42,567 bases of DNA from a virus. Lineage: Duplodnaviria; Heunggongvirae; Uroviricota; Caudoviricetes. The notes under the pieces are model-generated. The model worked only from the letters and a program-made list of their open reading frames with translations, did not search any database and was not told the DNA's origin. The position numbers and the translations under genes were made by a program. The stretch covers positions 1 to 42,567 of the IMG/VR virus record IMGVR_UViG_2534681936_000017, one strand, 5' to 3'. This document shows, piece by piece, positions 8,699-19,825 of this stretch (position 1 is the first letter of the stretch; each line of letters starts with the position of its first letter).

Positions 8699-10701
8699 GC
8701 AGGCCCTTTCAATTGCTGTACCGCCCTGGCATTTACAGCCCCCTGCTTGTCAGCAATCAGATTAGCCGCCTCCTGAGGGTTGTTAACTCCATGAACATTT
8801 ATAACAGTCTGCTGGTTAAGGCTGCCAGCGGCGGCCTGATACGCCAGCGGGCTGTTCCAGTTTGAATAACCTTCTTTGCGCGCCATCGACTGCATCAATG
8901 CTCCCATAGTCCGGGGATCTGTAAGATTCAATATTGCATTCGGTGATACTCCCATCCATTTCGCAACATCCTGTGCATACTTTTTCGGATCGTTGTTATC
9001 ACCTGCCGGGGCCCAGGTACTGACAATATCCTGAATAGTCTGTAATGCCCGTCCGGTTGTTTTCCCGGTAAAGTAACGCATGAGCTGGTTTTTCATCGCC
9101 TCCCAGCCCTCAAGCGCTGATTCGAAAAACCGGAACCCTTTACCGCTCACCGGGCGAATGTTCCCGGGGTTATTGTTGCGATCAGCAAGAGTGCCGCCGC
9201 CGGGGATGTCGGGCTGGACGTTGGAGCCATGCACTACACCGTTACTCTGTCCCTGCCGGATAACTTTACCGGATCCCCCGTGCAACCAGTCCATCCACGC
9301 AGGCCATTCACGGACCTCACTGACATCCCTGCGTCCGATATCTGTTTTTATACCAATAGCAGCCAGCGTGTCGCCGATAATTCGCTTCGTATACATCAGT
9401 GAAGATTTTGCGCTATCGGCAATATTTTCTCTGTCACTAACAATATAGCCCGCGTAAAGCGCCCACAATTTAAGCCAGGGTGGGACCGGTAAACCTGATA
9501 TTTTTCCGAAAGCCCCCAGAACCTTGGATGCCCAGACACCCGCGATGAATGTACCGAGGATTTCCAGTGCATTTTGCCAGCCGCCAACACCATCTTTTAG
9601 TTCCAGAAGGTGATCACGAAGCCAGGTGATCGCATCCTTCGCTTTATCTATTGCCGGTTGCCATTTTTCCCAGTCGATAAGACTGTTACCGCCTTCTTTC
9701 CATGTTTTGTAGTCTTCCCACAAGAGACCGAGAGCCACGATCAGACCGGTAATCAGCCCTATAGGTGACATCCAGAAAGTAGAGTTAAGTATCCGCATGG
9801 CGACAACCAGACCGCCGATAACCTCTATCAGGGTTTTCGTTTCGGCATCCAGTTTCCCCCACCACTCGATGATATCTCCGACACCATCGACTATCCGAAA
9901 TGCTACCCGCCCGACTATCTCACCCAGCCAGAGGATCCCCTTTATGACCTTTGTGATGGTGACTTCAATTTTGGGAAAATTTTCAATTATCTTTTTGCGC
10001 AGGTTATCAATCTGCCCCGCCAGTCCGTCCGCAAGATTCGATCCGATTTTGTCCCGCGCCATCCCGGCCATTTCACCGAGCGATTTCAGCGAGGTCATAA
10101 ACCGGTTTGACGATAAGGCAGCCTGATCGGCATTAAATCCGATCGCTTTCACCATTTCTGAATACTGAGCGCTGAACTGCCCCACTCCGCGACGCATAGC
10201 CATCAGGGTATTTTCGTCAATGCCCAGCATCTGCGCATACTGGTTAGCCCGGTAATACGGCATGCTGCTGAGTTTCTGTCCAACGCCCGTAAAGATAGCA
10301 GCCATGTCACGCATGTTACCGCTGGCATCACGGGTCTGTACGCCCAGGCGATTCAGAAAGCCTTCTGCTCCGGGATTGTTACGAATAAACCGGGAGAGGC
10401 TTTCCAGAGAAGATCGCGCAGCGTCCACGCTGCCGCCAACCTGCGAAACCGCATAGCCAATAGACTGAATTCCCTGGACTGTCGCGCCGGTGCGCTGTGA
10501 CGCCCAGTAAAGATTATCCAGACCGGAGGCGATCTTAGCCGTGAAGGCCACCACGGACAGCGCGGCTCCTTCAACGGCCAGCCCCATTTTGATGACATTT
10601 GCAGTTGTACCGGCGAGGACAGAACCGAATTTTTTCGCTCCTGCATCATCCACACTGAAGCCAAGCGAGACGAGGAAATCTTTAATAGTTTCAGCGTTCA
10701 T
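8695..10701 (-). CDS. Tail tape measure protein
   Basis: 668 aa from ATG 10701 (strong GGAGAGAGGA RBS); long helical Ala/Gly-rich protein with internal hydrophobic segments; located after tube and chaperone genes. Confidence 0.8.
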   Translation of the reverse strand: MNAETIKDFLVSLGFSVDDAGAKKFGSVLAGTTANVIKMGLAVEGAALSVVAFTAKIASGLDNLYWASQRTGATVQGIQSIGYAVSQVGGSVDAARSSLESLSRFIRNNPGAEGFLNRLGVQTRDASGNMRDMAAIFTGVGQKLSSMPYYRANQYAQMLGIDENTLMAMRRGVGQFSAQYSEMVKAIGFNADQAALSSNRFMTSLKSLGEMAGMARDKIGSNLADGLAGQIDNLRKKIIENFPKIEVTITKVIKGILWLGEIVGRVAFRIVDGVGDIIEWWGKLDAETKTLIEVIGGLVVAMRILNSTFWMSPIGLITGLIVALGLLWEDYKTWKEGGNSLIDWEKWQPAIDKAKDAITWLRDHLLELKDGVGGWQNALEILGTFIAGVWASKVLGAFGKISGLPVPPWLKLWALYAGYIVSDRENIADSAKSSLMYTKRIIGDTLAAIGIKTDIGRRDVSEVREWPAWMDWLHGGSGKVIRQGQSNGVVHGSNVQPDIPGGGTLADRNNNPGNIRPVSGKGFRFFESALEGWEAMKNQLMRYFTGKTTGRALQTIQDIVSTWAPAGDNNDPKKYAQDVAKWMGVSPNAILNLTDPRTMGALMQSMARKEGYSNWNSPLAYQAAAGSLNQQTVINVHGVNNPQEAANLIADKQGAVNARAVQQLKGPA

Positions 10702-10878
10702 TATCCTCTCTCCATTTCTCAATGCGCCGCTGGTTATCCGCTTTTACCGCCAGATGGTCATTCAAGAGAGCAATGTCGTACAAATCGACAGAGCCATCTT
10801 TAAGTGCTGTATAAGGAATTAACCCGGCGTCAACCGGATTGAGAAGGTAGGACAGCCCGTCCGGCAGGCTGTTAAACG

Positions 10879-11331
10879 TCAGCCCTGTTGCAGGCTCTGC
10901 GTCGTGCTGGTAAGGGGTGTAGGCAAAAAATTTCCCAGCGAATCGGCGACCACCCGCGCCACCAGATGAAGCATGACCAGCAGGTCAATATCATCAAACA
11001 TCAGTTCGCCCCGGGTAAATACCGGCACCCATCCGTCCATATGACGCCGCGATACCACCGCAAGACAGGGATGAATAATCGCATCGGTGTCATCTTCGGT
11101 CAGGGAAGACAGTTCCTCAGCGATACGCGGGAGCATGGTTTCAAACACCGGTTTTAACTGCTCGAATTTCACGGTGTCGATTTTGCCGTCAGCAGGCAAA
11201 CGGGAGCGAATGCTCCCGAAATCTGACATCATTCCTGCCAGCACCGGCAGAAGTTTGCGGGTCACTTTCAGCTGGTCAAAAACGCTGAGTTTTGCCACGC
11301 GATATTTCACGCCTTTGATTTCGAATTCCAT
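10879..11331 (-). CDS. Tail assembly chaperone (putative)
   Basis: 150 aa between tube and tape measure genes; the 156-bp gap before the tape measure gene could hold a frameshift extension (not verified). Confidence 0.5.
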   Translation of the reverse strand: MEFEIKGVKYRVAKLSVFDQLKVTRKLLPVLAGMMSDFGSIRSRLPADGKIDTVKFEQLKPVFETMLPRIAEELSSLTEDDTDAIIHPCLAVVSRRHMDGWVPVFTRGELMFDDIDLLVMLHLVARVVADSLGNFLPTPLTSTTQSLQQG

Positions 11332-11334
11332 CTA

Positions 11335-11775
11335 TTAAAACTCCCCGAGAACCTGGTCAATCTTGCCGCAGTCAAACACCCACGGCATCGTATTACCGGT
11401 TTTAGCGTTGGCGTTATCCGGTTGTTTCTGGAACGCAACACTGCGTGCCGTGATGATGTCGCCGCTGACCTTGTTGCGGATCACGATAACGTTATTCCCC
11501 CATGTGGCAGAAGACTGGCTCTGTGCGTTATACGCCAGCGACAATTTTTTATTTGTCGGTGATGTCTTCAGAAGGTTAACGGTAATCGTCCCGCTTTTAT
11601 CTGCATGGAGACTGTGCATCACTTCGCCATCAGCACCGATAGTCATGGTGTTTTTAGGACCGCCCATCGCAACCACAATCCCCTCTTCAGAACTTGCCGA
11701 ACCGTACCCGAGGTCAATCGAACCGGTCGGCCCGGTCAGCGTCGCAGTGACATCCATAAAAGAATAGGTAGACAT
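11335..11775 (-). CDS. Tail tube protein (putative)
   Basis: 146 aa directly downstream of the sheath-like gene. Confidence 0.55.
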   Translation of the reverse strand: MSTYSFMDVTATLTGPTGSIDLGYGSASSEEGIVVAMGGPKNTMTIGADGEVMHSLHADKSGTITVNLLKTSPTNKKLSLAYNAQSQSSATWGNNVIVIRNKVSGDIITARSVAFQKQPDNANAKTGNTMPWVFDCGKIDQVLGEF

Positions 11776-11785
11776 TCACTTCCCC

Positions 11786-12931
11786 TTAGCGAACAACGTT
11801 AATCTGTACGTCAGCGTAATGAACCGCGCCTGCAAGTTTTATTGCAGCCTGAATCACCGGAGCCTTACGGGCTTCACGTTCTGATTGTGCCTGTTCATCC
11901 AGCGGCTGGGCGTATACGTAATAACCTTTGGGCAGCGTGTCACCTGATGACAACTGACCAAGGTCGCCACCGTTCCATACGCCCGGAGCAATCAGTCCAT
12001 TCTGAACGGCCTGATCCAGTGATTTTTCAACACTTGATAACAGTCGGGTAATACCGGCTTCAGTCTGGGGAACTTTCGTGGTGCTGGTATAAAGCAGGTT
12101 ATAGAGGTTGGTCTGCACATAATTCTGTAACCAGTCCAGGCCGTGGCGTTCATCAAAGAAATCACCGTTGGCCATCACTCCCTGCTGGAGGATAGCCGTA
12201 TCATTCTGGTAGTACACGAATACATTGCAGTTTTTTGCATCAAGTGCCGATGCCTGGCTGACTGTCAGTGTTTCATACCCGACACCCGGCTCCTGCTTAA
12301 ACTTGAGCGTAATCGCGGTATTACTGCCATTGAAATTAACCGTGAATGCCCGGCCAAATGCAGATAACGCAGCGTATTTATTACCCGATGAATACTGAAT
12401 AAAACTGCGTGAATATCCGGCGGTTTTCAGTTTTGATGCCAAATCATCGCTGGATGCAGTCTGCAGGCATTTCTCATCGCTTGTCGTAATCGCCAGAATA
12501 CGGCTTACAGAAGAGGATTCGATCGCCGCAGCCACTTTCAGCCAGACTGCATCCGGAATATCTTCATCGTCTGCAATCCCCAGCCCATACCATGAAGTAT
12601 AATCAAGCATGGCATTCACAGCCTGCTCCAGCGTCTCAGGCGTGGCCTGTTCGCTGTCTCCCTTCGTTTTCACCCAACGACCAACAAAAACCTCCTGAGG
12701 TTTCGGTGATTGAGAGAAAAACACCTGCGCAGCCTTATATTCTGGTGATTCCACGCCAAAATCTTTTCCAATATCTTCCGCGGCAGAATAACGGCGAATG
12801 CGCTCACTTACCGGAATGATTGTGGACGGGCCGAGAATGAGTAATGCACCAAAATTTCGCCCTGATGCTGCACGCGGCGACATGATCACATCAACATTAA
12901 CAACGTTTGATACAGGCAAGCCCTGTGCCAT
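11786..12931 (-). CDS. Tail sheath protein (putative)
   Basis: 381 aa, upstream of the tube gene; size and position typical of compact sheath proteins. Confidence 0.6.
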   Translation of the reverse strand: MAQGLPVSNVVNVDVIMSPRAASGRNFGALLILGPSTIIPVSERIRRYSAAEDIGKDFGVESPEYKAAQVFFSQSPKPQEVFVGRWVKTKGDSEQATPETLEQAVNAMLDYTSWYGLGIADDEDIPDAVWLKVAAAIESSSVSRILAITTSDEKCLQTASSDDLASKLKTAGYSRSFIQYSSGNKYAALSAFGRAFTVNFNGSNTAITLKFKQEPGVGYETLTVSQASALDAKNCNVFVYYQNDTAILQQGVMANGDFFDERHGLDWLQNYVQTNLYNLLYTSTTKVPQTEAGITRLLSSVEKSLDQAVQNGLIAPGVWNGGDLGQLSSGDTLPKGYYVYAQPLDEQAQSEREARKAPVIQAAIKLAGAVHYADVQINVVR

Positions 12932-12934
12932 AGC

Positions 12935-13501
12935 TTAATCTCCGAAAAAGATGACTGGTGCTTCCACCAGCGATTTAATACCGTACTCGCGCACAACCTT
13001 CCGGCGCAGACGCACCGTCATATCGTAGCGGCGGACCCATTGCTGATTAATAAGTTCAGGGAAGGGAGTCAGACCTGTGTAATCGCCAAGAGACAGCCCC
13101 AGCGCATTCAGTGCTGCGTTGTTCTGCGGTACAGATATACCGTCACGAAACCGGGACGCATACACCATCCCCGCCGGACCATAAAACGAAGCCATACACT
13201 CAATCGTTTCATGCCGCCAGAGCTGAGAGCCATCATCGGTCTGTCTGGTGAATGCCGGACTGTCATCACCTGACCATCCGATAACCCCAAACGCACACCA
13301 GTTCGTTTCAGCCGGTAGCAGTGGCGGTTGCTCTTTCTGCCAGCGCGGACGAACCATCCCGGCAGACAGACCGGAAACGTTACGCATCCACTGGCTTAAC
13401 AGCCTGTCGAGCGCTTCGTCATAATCCGGATCGCCACTGGTTGGTATCAGACATCCGCGCTCTGTGCTGGTGTTATTGCTCAACCGGAATTCCCCCATCA
13501 A
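12935..13501 (-). CDS. Virion neck/tail completion protein (hypothetical)
   Basis: 188 aa, between head and tail gene blocks. Confidence 0.4.
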   Translation of the reverse strand: MMGEFRLSNNTSTERGCLIPTSGDPDYDEALDRLLSQWMRNVSGLSAGMVRPRWQKEQPPLLPAETNWCAFGVIGWSGDDSPAFTRQTDDGSQLWRHETIECMASFYGPAGMVYASRFRDGISVPQNNAALNALGLSLGDYTGLTPFPELINQQWVRRYDMTVRLRRKVVREYGIKSLVEAPVIFFGD

Positions 13502-13862
13502 ACGGCATCAACTCACAATGCGCCTGAACGAATCCGGCCCCATAAGCTGTATACGGGTCGACGAAGGTCACACGATAATCACGGCCCTGATACGTCACGA
13601 TATCGGCATCACGGCCAGTCTGTCCCTGCGTCAGTCGCTCAGTCGTCACAATCAGAATTGCACCACTGATTACCTGCCCTGCCTGCATACGGCGGTTTTC
13701 CAGAGAGCGATCAACAGTTACGACTCCGGCAAACTGCTTTTTAACTTCACTGTCGCTGCCGATCCCGTCCTCATCCACCGTTTGCACTCGGCGTGTTACC
13801 CACAAATTGAAGTCGCAAAAATCGGGGTCAAAAAGCACATCTGTTACATCAAGAGTCGGCAT
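13473..13862 (-). CDS. Virion neck protein (hypothetical)
   Basis: 129 aa, overlapping neighbours in the late operon. Confidence 0.4.
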   Translation of the reverse strand: MPTLDVTDVLFDPDFCDFNLWVTRRVQTVDEDGIGSDSEVKKQFAGVVTVDRSLENRRMQAGQVISGAILIVTTERLTQGQTGRDADIVTYQGRDYRVTFVDPYTAYGAGFVQAHCELMPFDGGIPVEQ

Positions 13863-14403
13863 CTTTATCCCTCACTACATGGGTAATCGCTCTGCGATAT
13901 TGCCCGGTGTCAATTAATGGTTTCGCCAGTTCGGTTCCCGGGGATTCGCCAGCAGCACGCCGGGCAAGTTCCAGTGTTGCCCCCTTGCGCCCCCGACGAG
14001 CCCGGGCTTCAACAGTACTGTCAGCAAGCGGCGTAAAGCCGGTAATGGTCATATAACGCCTGACGCCATTAGCGGCCAGCGTTCCGGCACGGTTGAGTGC
14101 GCGTTCTGCTCCCGCAGCATTACCATCAAGTGCAGCCTGCGCCGCGGCTTTGAGCTGCGGCACCGTCTGCTCTTCTGCCGATTTAACGCCGGGGACCAGG
14201 TGAGGTCGTGGCGGGATGTTCTGCTCTGGTGAGCCGTATTCGTTGAGGTAACCGATGCCCGCATTACCAAACGGAACATCATCCCGCCCGCTGTCTTCCG
14301 AAGGGATGCCGACCAGCACATCTTTTTTGGTTAACGACCTGAGCGCATCCAGAATGGCCTTAGCGTTATCCACCCTCGTTGTTACACCGCTTTTGAAACT
14401 CAT
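13849..14403 (-). CDS. Head-tail joining protein (hypothetical)
   Basis: 184 aa in head-tail connector position. Confidence 0.4.
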   Translation of the reverse strand: MSFKSGVTTRVDNAKAILDALRSLTKKDVLVGIPSEDSGRDDVPFGNAGIGYLNEYGSPEQNIPPRPHLVPGVKSAEEQTVPQLKAAAQAALDGNAAGAERALNRAGTLAANGVRRYMTITGFTPLADSTVEARARRGRKGATLELARRAAGESPGTELAKPLIDTGQYRRAITHVVRDKDADS

Positions 14404-14807
14404 AGCTGGCGACCACCTGCACCGAACATCGTGATCAACTGATAAAATTCAGCGCCATATCGGGTGTTATTCCAGAAACCTGCATCAGGATTCAGCGTCG
14501 CGCTGGTGTCATAACTGACGCTTACCTTATCCACGGACTTTGAGGACTGAACACCATTGGTTGAACCGCCCGGACCACCAGCCAGCATCGCCCGGCTGTC
14601 TGCCGCCCAGAGCGTCATGTAGTGCGCAACGAACAACCCGGCAAAGTACGGAAACAACTTTTTGCCGGTGACGTTTTCGCTCAGCAGTTCATCGGCCAGA
14701 TTCAGACGAAACTGGATTTGCGCTTCGGGATATTTGGCAGGGTCAGCAAACTGCGGGAAGTCGCGGCGAAAATCACTTACCGCTGGCAGACTTTGATTCT
14801 TTGGCAT
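14400..14807 (-). CDS. Head completion protein (hypothetical)
   Basis: 135 aa downstream of the capsid gene. Confidence 0.4.
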   Translation of the reverse strand: MPKNQSLPAVSDFRRDFPQFADPAKYPEAQIQFRLNLADELLSENVTGKKLFPYFAGLFVAHYMTLWAADSRAMLAGGPGGSTNGVQSSKSVDKVSVSYDTSATLNPDAGFWNNTRYGAEFYQLITMFGAGGRQL

Positions 14808-14994
14808 TTTTTACCTCGTTACGCGCGTCTGTGGCTTTGCCAACGGATACTTCCGCGTGCGCACGAGTGAACCAGTGCGTGGCAACGACTTCCTCCACAG
14901 CATGACGGCCTTTAACAAACTCGCGCCGAGAACCGTCGGGAAGCGTGAGCACAAACGGGGTATGTACGTGTATTACTGCATCATTTTTTGCCAT
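14773..14994 (-). CDS. Small virion-associated protein (hypothetical)
   Basis: 73 aa ORF between the capsid gene and the head-completion gene. Confidence 0.3.
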   Translation of the reverse strand: MAKNDAVIHVHTPFVLTLPDGSRREFVKGRHAVEEVVATHWFTRAHAEVSVGKATDARNEVKNAKESKSASGK

Positions 14995-15035
14995 CGGGTC
15001 ATCCTTAATGGCCCCGCCAGGGGGCCATGTGGCTG

Positions 15036-15977
15036 TTAAATGCCATCAACGTACGAAATGGTTTCTTTGTACACTGGCTCGACTGCACCCAGCTTGCCGT
15101 AGTAAGTGACGATCTGATACAGACCGCGATACTGCACCGGCACGCTCTGAAGCGGAACCAGCGGGTAGCGGACGTATTTTTTATCGTTGGTGTACGCAAC
15201 CATGCGATCCTTATTCCCCACACCACGGCCTTTCAGCCATTTAACCGCGCGGATATTCAGCGGAACACCGTTCTGGTGATAGCTGATGGTGTTGGTCTGA
15301 AGGTACGTCAACAGGGACTGGTTACCCGCAGATGAAACGATGATGCTGGACAACAGAGCAAACTGCTCAGGCGGGATCAGCAAATCACGCGGAACCACAG
15401 AGTAACCGGAAGCGGCCCACGCATCAGACAGCACCTGGTTAATGCTTGCGCGGATTTCGTCCGGTGTTGAGGTTGCCCACGTTTTGGCAGCGTTGTTGAC
15501 AGGCACGCCGTCCAGGGTAACAAGGCCTTTCAGGTTTAACGCTGAATCGCCAACATACACCTGTTCATCGTTATCCATCTGCCATTTCAGTTGCATCCCG
15601 TCATACTTCTGCGTATCAATCGGGCGTCCGACCTGCTGAGCAGCCTGCAATTCTATGACCGTCCAGCCAAGTTCCATCCCCCACAGGTTCAGCGGGTTAC
15701 CGGATTTGCCGATATCCACGTTCACGCCAGCAATAGCGGTTGAGTCTTTGCCTACCCAGTTTTTGCCATTCGGATTTGCACCAGTACCCGCAGCAGCGAA
15801 GCTGGTATTCGTCCAGCTGGAAATGTCATCTGCGATAGAGACATCTTCACGCAACTGAATATCGCGGGTCCAGGTGTACCCCACCAGTGGCAGGTTCAGC
15901 GTCTGGTCGAGTCGCTCCAGCTCCCCGATGAGAAAGGCACCAGAGCTGTCAACGGTTGCCTGATCAAAAGTAATCAT
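15036..15977 (-). CDS. Major capsid protein
   Basis: 313 aa; position after scaffold/decoration genes. Confidence 0.6.
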   Translation of the reverse strand: MITFDQATVDSSGAFLIGELERLDQTLNLPLVGYTWTRDIQLREDVSIADDISSWTNTSFAAAGTGANPNGKNWVGKDSTAIAGVNVDIGKSGNPLNLWGMELGWTVIELQAAQQVGRPIDTQKYDGMQLKWQMDNDEQVYVGDSALNLKGLVTLDGVPVNNAAKTWATSTPDEIRASINQVLSDAWAASGYSVVPRDLLIPPEQFALLSSIIVSSAGNQSLLTYLQTNTISYHQNGVPLNIRAVKWLKGRGVGNKDRMVAYTNDKKYVRYPLVPLQSVPVQYRGLYQIVTYYGKLGAVEPVYKETISYVDGI

Positions 15978-15988
15978 TCGTCTGTTCC

Positions 15989-16495
15989 TTAAATCTTCCA
16001 GGAAATTTCTGCATTGCCGTTAGCATCACCGGCACCTGTGAATTCAGCGTTGGTCAGCACCACATTTTTGCCACTGACTGACGTGGACATGAATCCCCCC
16101 AGCGGCACTTTGATGGATTCATCAGTGGAGACGACAACGTATACCGGGTCGCCTTTTTTGATGGTGCTGGCATCAAAATCAGAACCGAGATTAACAGTCA
16201 CATAGCCACGCTTCATGGCGTCGCCCGGGAAGTTCTTGCCTGTTCCCACCTGACGAACCATGTCCGGCTGCGACGTGGTCGGATAAGGGCGCACGTAGAT
16301 CCCCTTCACCTTGTCTGCGGTATCACCATCTGCCAGCGGCACGAAAAAACCGTCATCATCGTATTTACCAGCCAGCCCATAGGCAGCGAAGGCGTTATCG
16401 GATTTAAGGACCACCGGTTCGACGGTTAAGTCCTGCGGGCGAGAGACAGCCCCGGCAATGCCAACAGGCATCCGGTACAGAAATACATTATTCAT
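15989..16495 (-). CDS. Head decoration/structural protein (putative)
   Basis: 168 aa between the scaffold/protease-like gene and the capsid gene. Confidence 0.4.
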   Translation of the reverse strand: MNNVFLYRMPVGIAGAVSRPQDLTVEPVVLKSDNAFAAYGLAGKYDDDGFFVPLADGDTADKVKGIYVRPYPTTSQPDMVRQVGTGKNFPGDAMKRGYVTVNLGSDFDASTIKKGDPVYVVVSTDESIKVPLGGFMSTSVSGKNVVLTNAEFTGAGDANGNAEISWKI

Positions 16496-16498
16496 TTT

Positions 16499-17719
16499 TT
16501 ACCCTTTACGGTTTGCCCAGAATTCAGCGTTTTGTTTGTTCAGGGAAGCGATACTGGTCATGCCCATGTTTGGGCGCTGTGCATCGCCGGTGGTGGCGCG
16601 GGTGTTTCGCCCTTTGGCAATCTCAGACACGGCATTAAACGCCATGTCGACCGATTGTTTCGGTAATTTGCGGATATCCGCATCACCGACTATCTGGCGA
16701 ACCAGCGTTTTGTCAGCAGAAGCCAGAACCTCACGTTTGAACGCGGTCGGTTTCATCTTACGGCTCAGATCGATACCCGGAACGATAACTTCAGCACGCC
16801 AGGCTGAGTCACCAGTAATCGTGGTTTCCTCTTCATCGTCCTCGCCGTCACCGGTCGGATTATCGTCAGGCTTATTGTCGTTATCGCCCGTCGCATTTCC
16901 TTCCAGCTTAGCCAGCAGGGCTTTCAGTAATGTTTTGAGGTCATCATCACTGTCGCCGGTTGGACCTCCGCCCATCTCTGGTGCTTTGTCCGGTAGCGGT
17001 TGCTGCGGGGACAGGTTGATGTTGAGATTAACGCCCTGCGGCAAATCCCCCTCATCTCCTGTAACCGATGCGGGAGCCGACTCCACCAGTTCGTTCATGG
17101 TGTCAGCGTCACCCGTTTTGATGGCCGTGCGCATGCGGGTCCACCAGCTTTTCTTTTGATTTGCCATTGTGTCTCTGTCTCCAATTGCACAACGATTTCC
17201 GGCTCTGCCTTTAGGGACAAGAGCCACATGGTTTCCGGTAATATCGACCTGCTCGGCTTTACCTGGCTCGGTCTGCTCATACTCCGCGTCATAGCCGCAC
17301 GACACTTCGCGCAGGCCATCTTCGATAAGCTGAATGGCGCTTTCGTCTTTGACGATAAGGTCAACCAGCATCAAATCAGACTGCTCACCCGTCCCGCGCC
17401 GGACATTCTGGAGGTGCCCGACAGCAAGCTCTTTCCAGTTCTCGGGATTTACCAGCCGCACATTCCCGTTTTCATCTTCAGGATGCAGAATCGTGATGCT
17501 CATCCCTTCGAATGAGGCAAGCGTGGCCGGATGGAATACCTGCTCAGGAGAACGCGTGACGACTATTTCACCGAACTTATCGGGTTTCAGTTTTGGCAGG
17601 TCATCAGCACCATAGAGCTGCTTACCTGTTCGTCCTATCGGCACGTCTTTGCACAGCAACGAGCCGTCAGCCAGCTGGTAGCGGGTTTCTCCCAGCCGGG
17701 TATTGAAAAAATATTTCAT
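16499..17719 (-). CDS. Head scaffold / maturation protease-like protein
   Basis: 406 aa with an acidic low-complexity central region (DDNPTGDGEDDEEE) and helical C-terminus; follows the head morphogenesis gene. Confidence 0.5.
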   Translation of the reverse strand: MKYFFNTRLGETRYQLADGSLLCKDVPIGRTGKQLYGADDLPKLKPDKFGEIVVTRSPEQVFHPATLASFEGMSITILHPEDENGNVRLVNPENWKELAVGHLQNVRRGTGEQSDLMLVDLIVKDESAIQLIEDGLREVSCGYDAEYEQTEPGKAEQVDITGNHVALVPKGRAGNRCAIGDRDTMANQKKSWWTRMRTAIKTGDADTMNELVESAPASVTGDEGDLPQGVNLNINLSPQQPLPDKAPEMGGGPTGDSDDDLKTLLKALLAKLEGNATGDNDNKPDDNPTGDGEDDEEETTITGDSAWRAEVIVPGIDLSRKMKPTAFKREVLASADKTLVRQIVGDADIRKLPKQSVDMAFNAVSEIAKGRNTRATTGDAQRPNMGMTSIASLNKQNAEFWANRKG

Positions 17720-17733
17720 GGGTTACCTGCGAT

Positions 17734-18507
17734 TCAGGCGGGATAAGATTGGGAAGTGGGAAAAACGATTTCTTTATAACAGCGACAATTCGGGAGCTCG
17801 CCAGCGTGACCGGTCATGCCATCAAGCGTTGGAGGTTTGCCCCATTCGACAAATTTACCTTCCATTTCCCGATGAGAATGCCTGACGTCACCATCTTCGG
17901 CTGTACGCCAGATATAACCATTCGAACCAATTGACAGCGCACGCGCCTGATCCAGCGCGCCGGTTGCACGTCCAAGTTCAGTACGGGCAATCAGGTCAGC
18001 TCTGGACTTTGCTATATCACCCGATGCGGCTATTTCTTCAGCAAAATGTTCTGCTCTCCCGCCGGTCACAACAGCTTCTGTCGCCCGATTCTGGATGTCG
18101 TACACCCTGTCAGCCGCCTCGAGGGGTAGCGATTTGATGTACTTGACCTGTTCGGCGATGATGGATTGCATCACCTGGCCCACAGGAGCGCTTTCCACAA
18201 GATTGCGGAGCTCGCGACTGATGTTCTTGCTGTGTTGCCGCCAAACTTTCTCGTTCTGCCGGGTTAGATCCGCAGTAAAGTTTTCCGCGACCTTTGTCGC
18301 CCAGGGGGTTATGATTTCACTGTAGCGCTCCAGCGCCGCAATAATTTCCGTGATACTGTCATTTGAACCATCGTAGCGACCATTTACGATGTCCCCGACC
18401 GCCCGCGCTATCCTGCGTAGACTGGTTCGATACCGGATTTCCGCCTGACGGTTCCTGCGGTTCGTCATCAGGTTCGCCGATGCCGGGCGGCGCTTCGTCT
18501 TCGGCAT
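17734..18507 (-). CDS. Head morphogenesis protein (Mu F-like / SPP1 gp7-like minor head protein)
   Basis: 257 aa after the portal gene; 5' end overlaps the portal 3' end in another frame. Confidence 0.6.
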   Translation of the reverse strand: MPKTKRRPASANLMTNRRNRQAEIRYRTSLRRIARAVGDIVNGRYDGSNDSITEIIAALERYSEIITPWATKVAENFTADLTRQNEKVWRQHSKNISRELRNLVESAPVGQVMQSIIAEQVKYIKSLPLEAADRVYDIQNRATEAVVTGGRAEHFAEEIAASGDIAKSRADLIARTELGRATGALDQARALSIGSNGYIWRTAEDGDVRHSHREMEGKFVEWGKPPTLDGMTGHAGELPNCRCYKEIVFPTSQSYPA

Positions 18508-19825
18508 TCTCTATGTCCTCGTCGGTAATGGATGCCCCGATGCCGGTTACGTCAGAATTTTCGCGCAAATCAGTCATAGCGGCTTTCAGTGTCATCAGAC
18601 CATCACCCAGCGCTGTACTGATTGCGTTGGTGGTATTTAACGCCACCGTTGAACGATCGACATCAGACATTTGCCAGAGCGGGTTAAACTCAAACGTGAA
18701 ATCATCCGGGAGCGGCTTGCCAAGTTCCGAACGATGCATGATGTCCAGTATCCGCCGCACCGGAAGACGTAAACGCCTCTCCTGCAACGAGCTTACCCGG
18801 TCGTAATAGTTGGCAAGGTCTGCATCGCCGGTAGAAAATCCTTTCGGGGACTGTCCGAACAACCGCACCAGTGGGATACCAACAGCGCCACTAATCTGTT
18901 CTGCAAACTGCGAAAGGATGTCATCCAGACCACTGAAGCTGTACTGATGCGTTTCAAACTTATCCCGCGAGTCCATGAGCGTCATACCTTCATTGCTCTG
19001 GAACTGTCGAATCAGGTCGATATTCTTCAGAAACGCTTCATACGCAGGACCACCAAGTGCGATAAGCTCGCGTAGCTTCTCCACGCTGTAGGTGCGCAGA
19101 TGCGCCTTGTAGACCAGCTGCGCCGCGCCGACAGTAGCGCTGTCGAACGCGGTAAGACGATCCCAGATACGCTCTACAACCGACATTCCCCATTCGTTCT
19201 CGGTCATCTTCTGCTGAAATGGCAGCGTGACGCCATCAAAGCGAATCAGGCGACTGTGATGAATGCGCCAGGCAGGAATTCCCGTTGCTGTGGTCACCAC
19301 ATCGTAAAACTCAGGTTTACCCAGGTCCGGCCCCATATCTTTAATGCGGCGGGTCAGTACCGGGTCGATCATCCAGCGGTCGAGCGGGAGAATCCCCTTA
19401 AACTTGCCCTTACCGATGGTTTCGGGTCGCAGCGGGGTCATTGGTGCCTGCCCCTCAATCATGATGAAACCCACCGCGCCGCCGTAGAGGCGCGACCATT
19501 TCAGCACGTCATTCAGCGCATCCCAGATTTGCAACTCATCCAGTTGTGATTCGAGAATGCCACGATCTTTTGCATCAATTTCCGACGTGATGCGAATGCC
19601 TTTGCGGGTCATATCATCCGGGATAGCATCGACTGCTTCGCCGATGATCCAGGATGAACGATAGGACCATTCCACCAGCATGCGGTTACGACTGGTGAAA
19701 TTAGCCCGGTAGGTGGATGCTGAGTGCTGGTTAGGTGTCTGCATCCCTACGCGGGCAATAAAATTCTCATAACCATCAGCTGTGGCCTGCGCAGTTCGCC
19801 GCAGGGCTTGTTTGTTTCGTGCCAT
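18359..19825 (-). CDS. Portal protein
   Basis: 488 aa directly after the large terminase (ATGA overlap); acidic C-terminus. Confidence 0.75.
   Translation of the reverse strand: MARNKQALRRTAQATADGYENFIARVGMQTPNQHSASTYRANFTSRNRMLVEWSYRSSWIIGEAVDAIPDDMTRKGIRITSEIDAKDRGILESQLDELQIWDALNDVLKWSRLYGGAVGFIMIEGQAPMTPLRPETIGKGKFKGILPLDRWMIDPVLTRRIKDMGPDLGKPEFYDVVTTATGIPAWRIHHSRLIRFDGVTLPFQQKMTENEWGMSVVERIWDRLTAFDSATVGAAQLVYKAHLRTYSVEKLRELIALGGPAYEAFLKNIDLIRQFQSNEGMTLMDSRDKFETHQYSFSGLDDILSQFAEQISGAVGIPLVRLFGQSPKGFSTGDADLANYYDRVSSLQERRLRLPVRRILDIMHRSELGKPLPDDFTFEFNPLWQMSDVDRSTVALNTTNAISTALGDGLMTLKAAMTDLRENSDVTGIGASITDEDIENAEDEAPPGIGEPDDEPQEPSGGNPVSNQSTQDSAGGRGHRKWSLRWFK

Noticed and set aside
9080-10822. 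Plus-strand ORFs (122, 109, 93 aa) within the tape measure gene region
   Set aside because: Antisense shadow ORFs in the high-GC tape measure gene.
16458-17159. 233-aa plus-strand ORF (also 17000-17515, 17334-17615)
   Set aside because: Entirely antisense to the scaffold/head morphogenesis genes; Ser/Pro/Arg-rich composition typical of a shadow ORF; no RBS.
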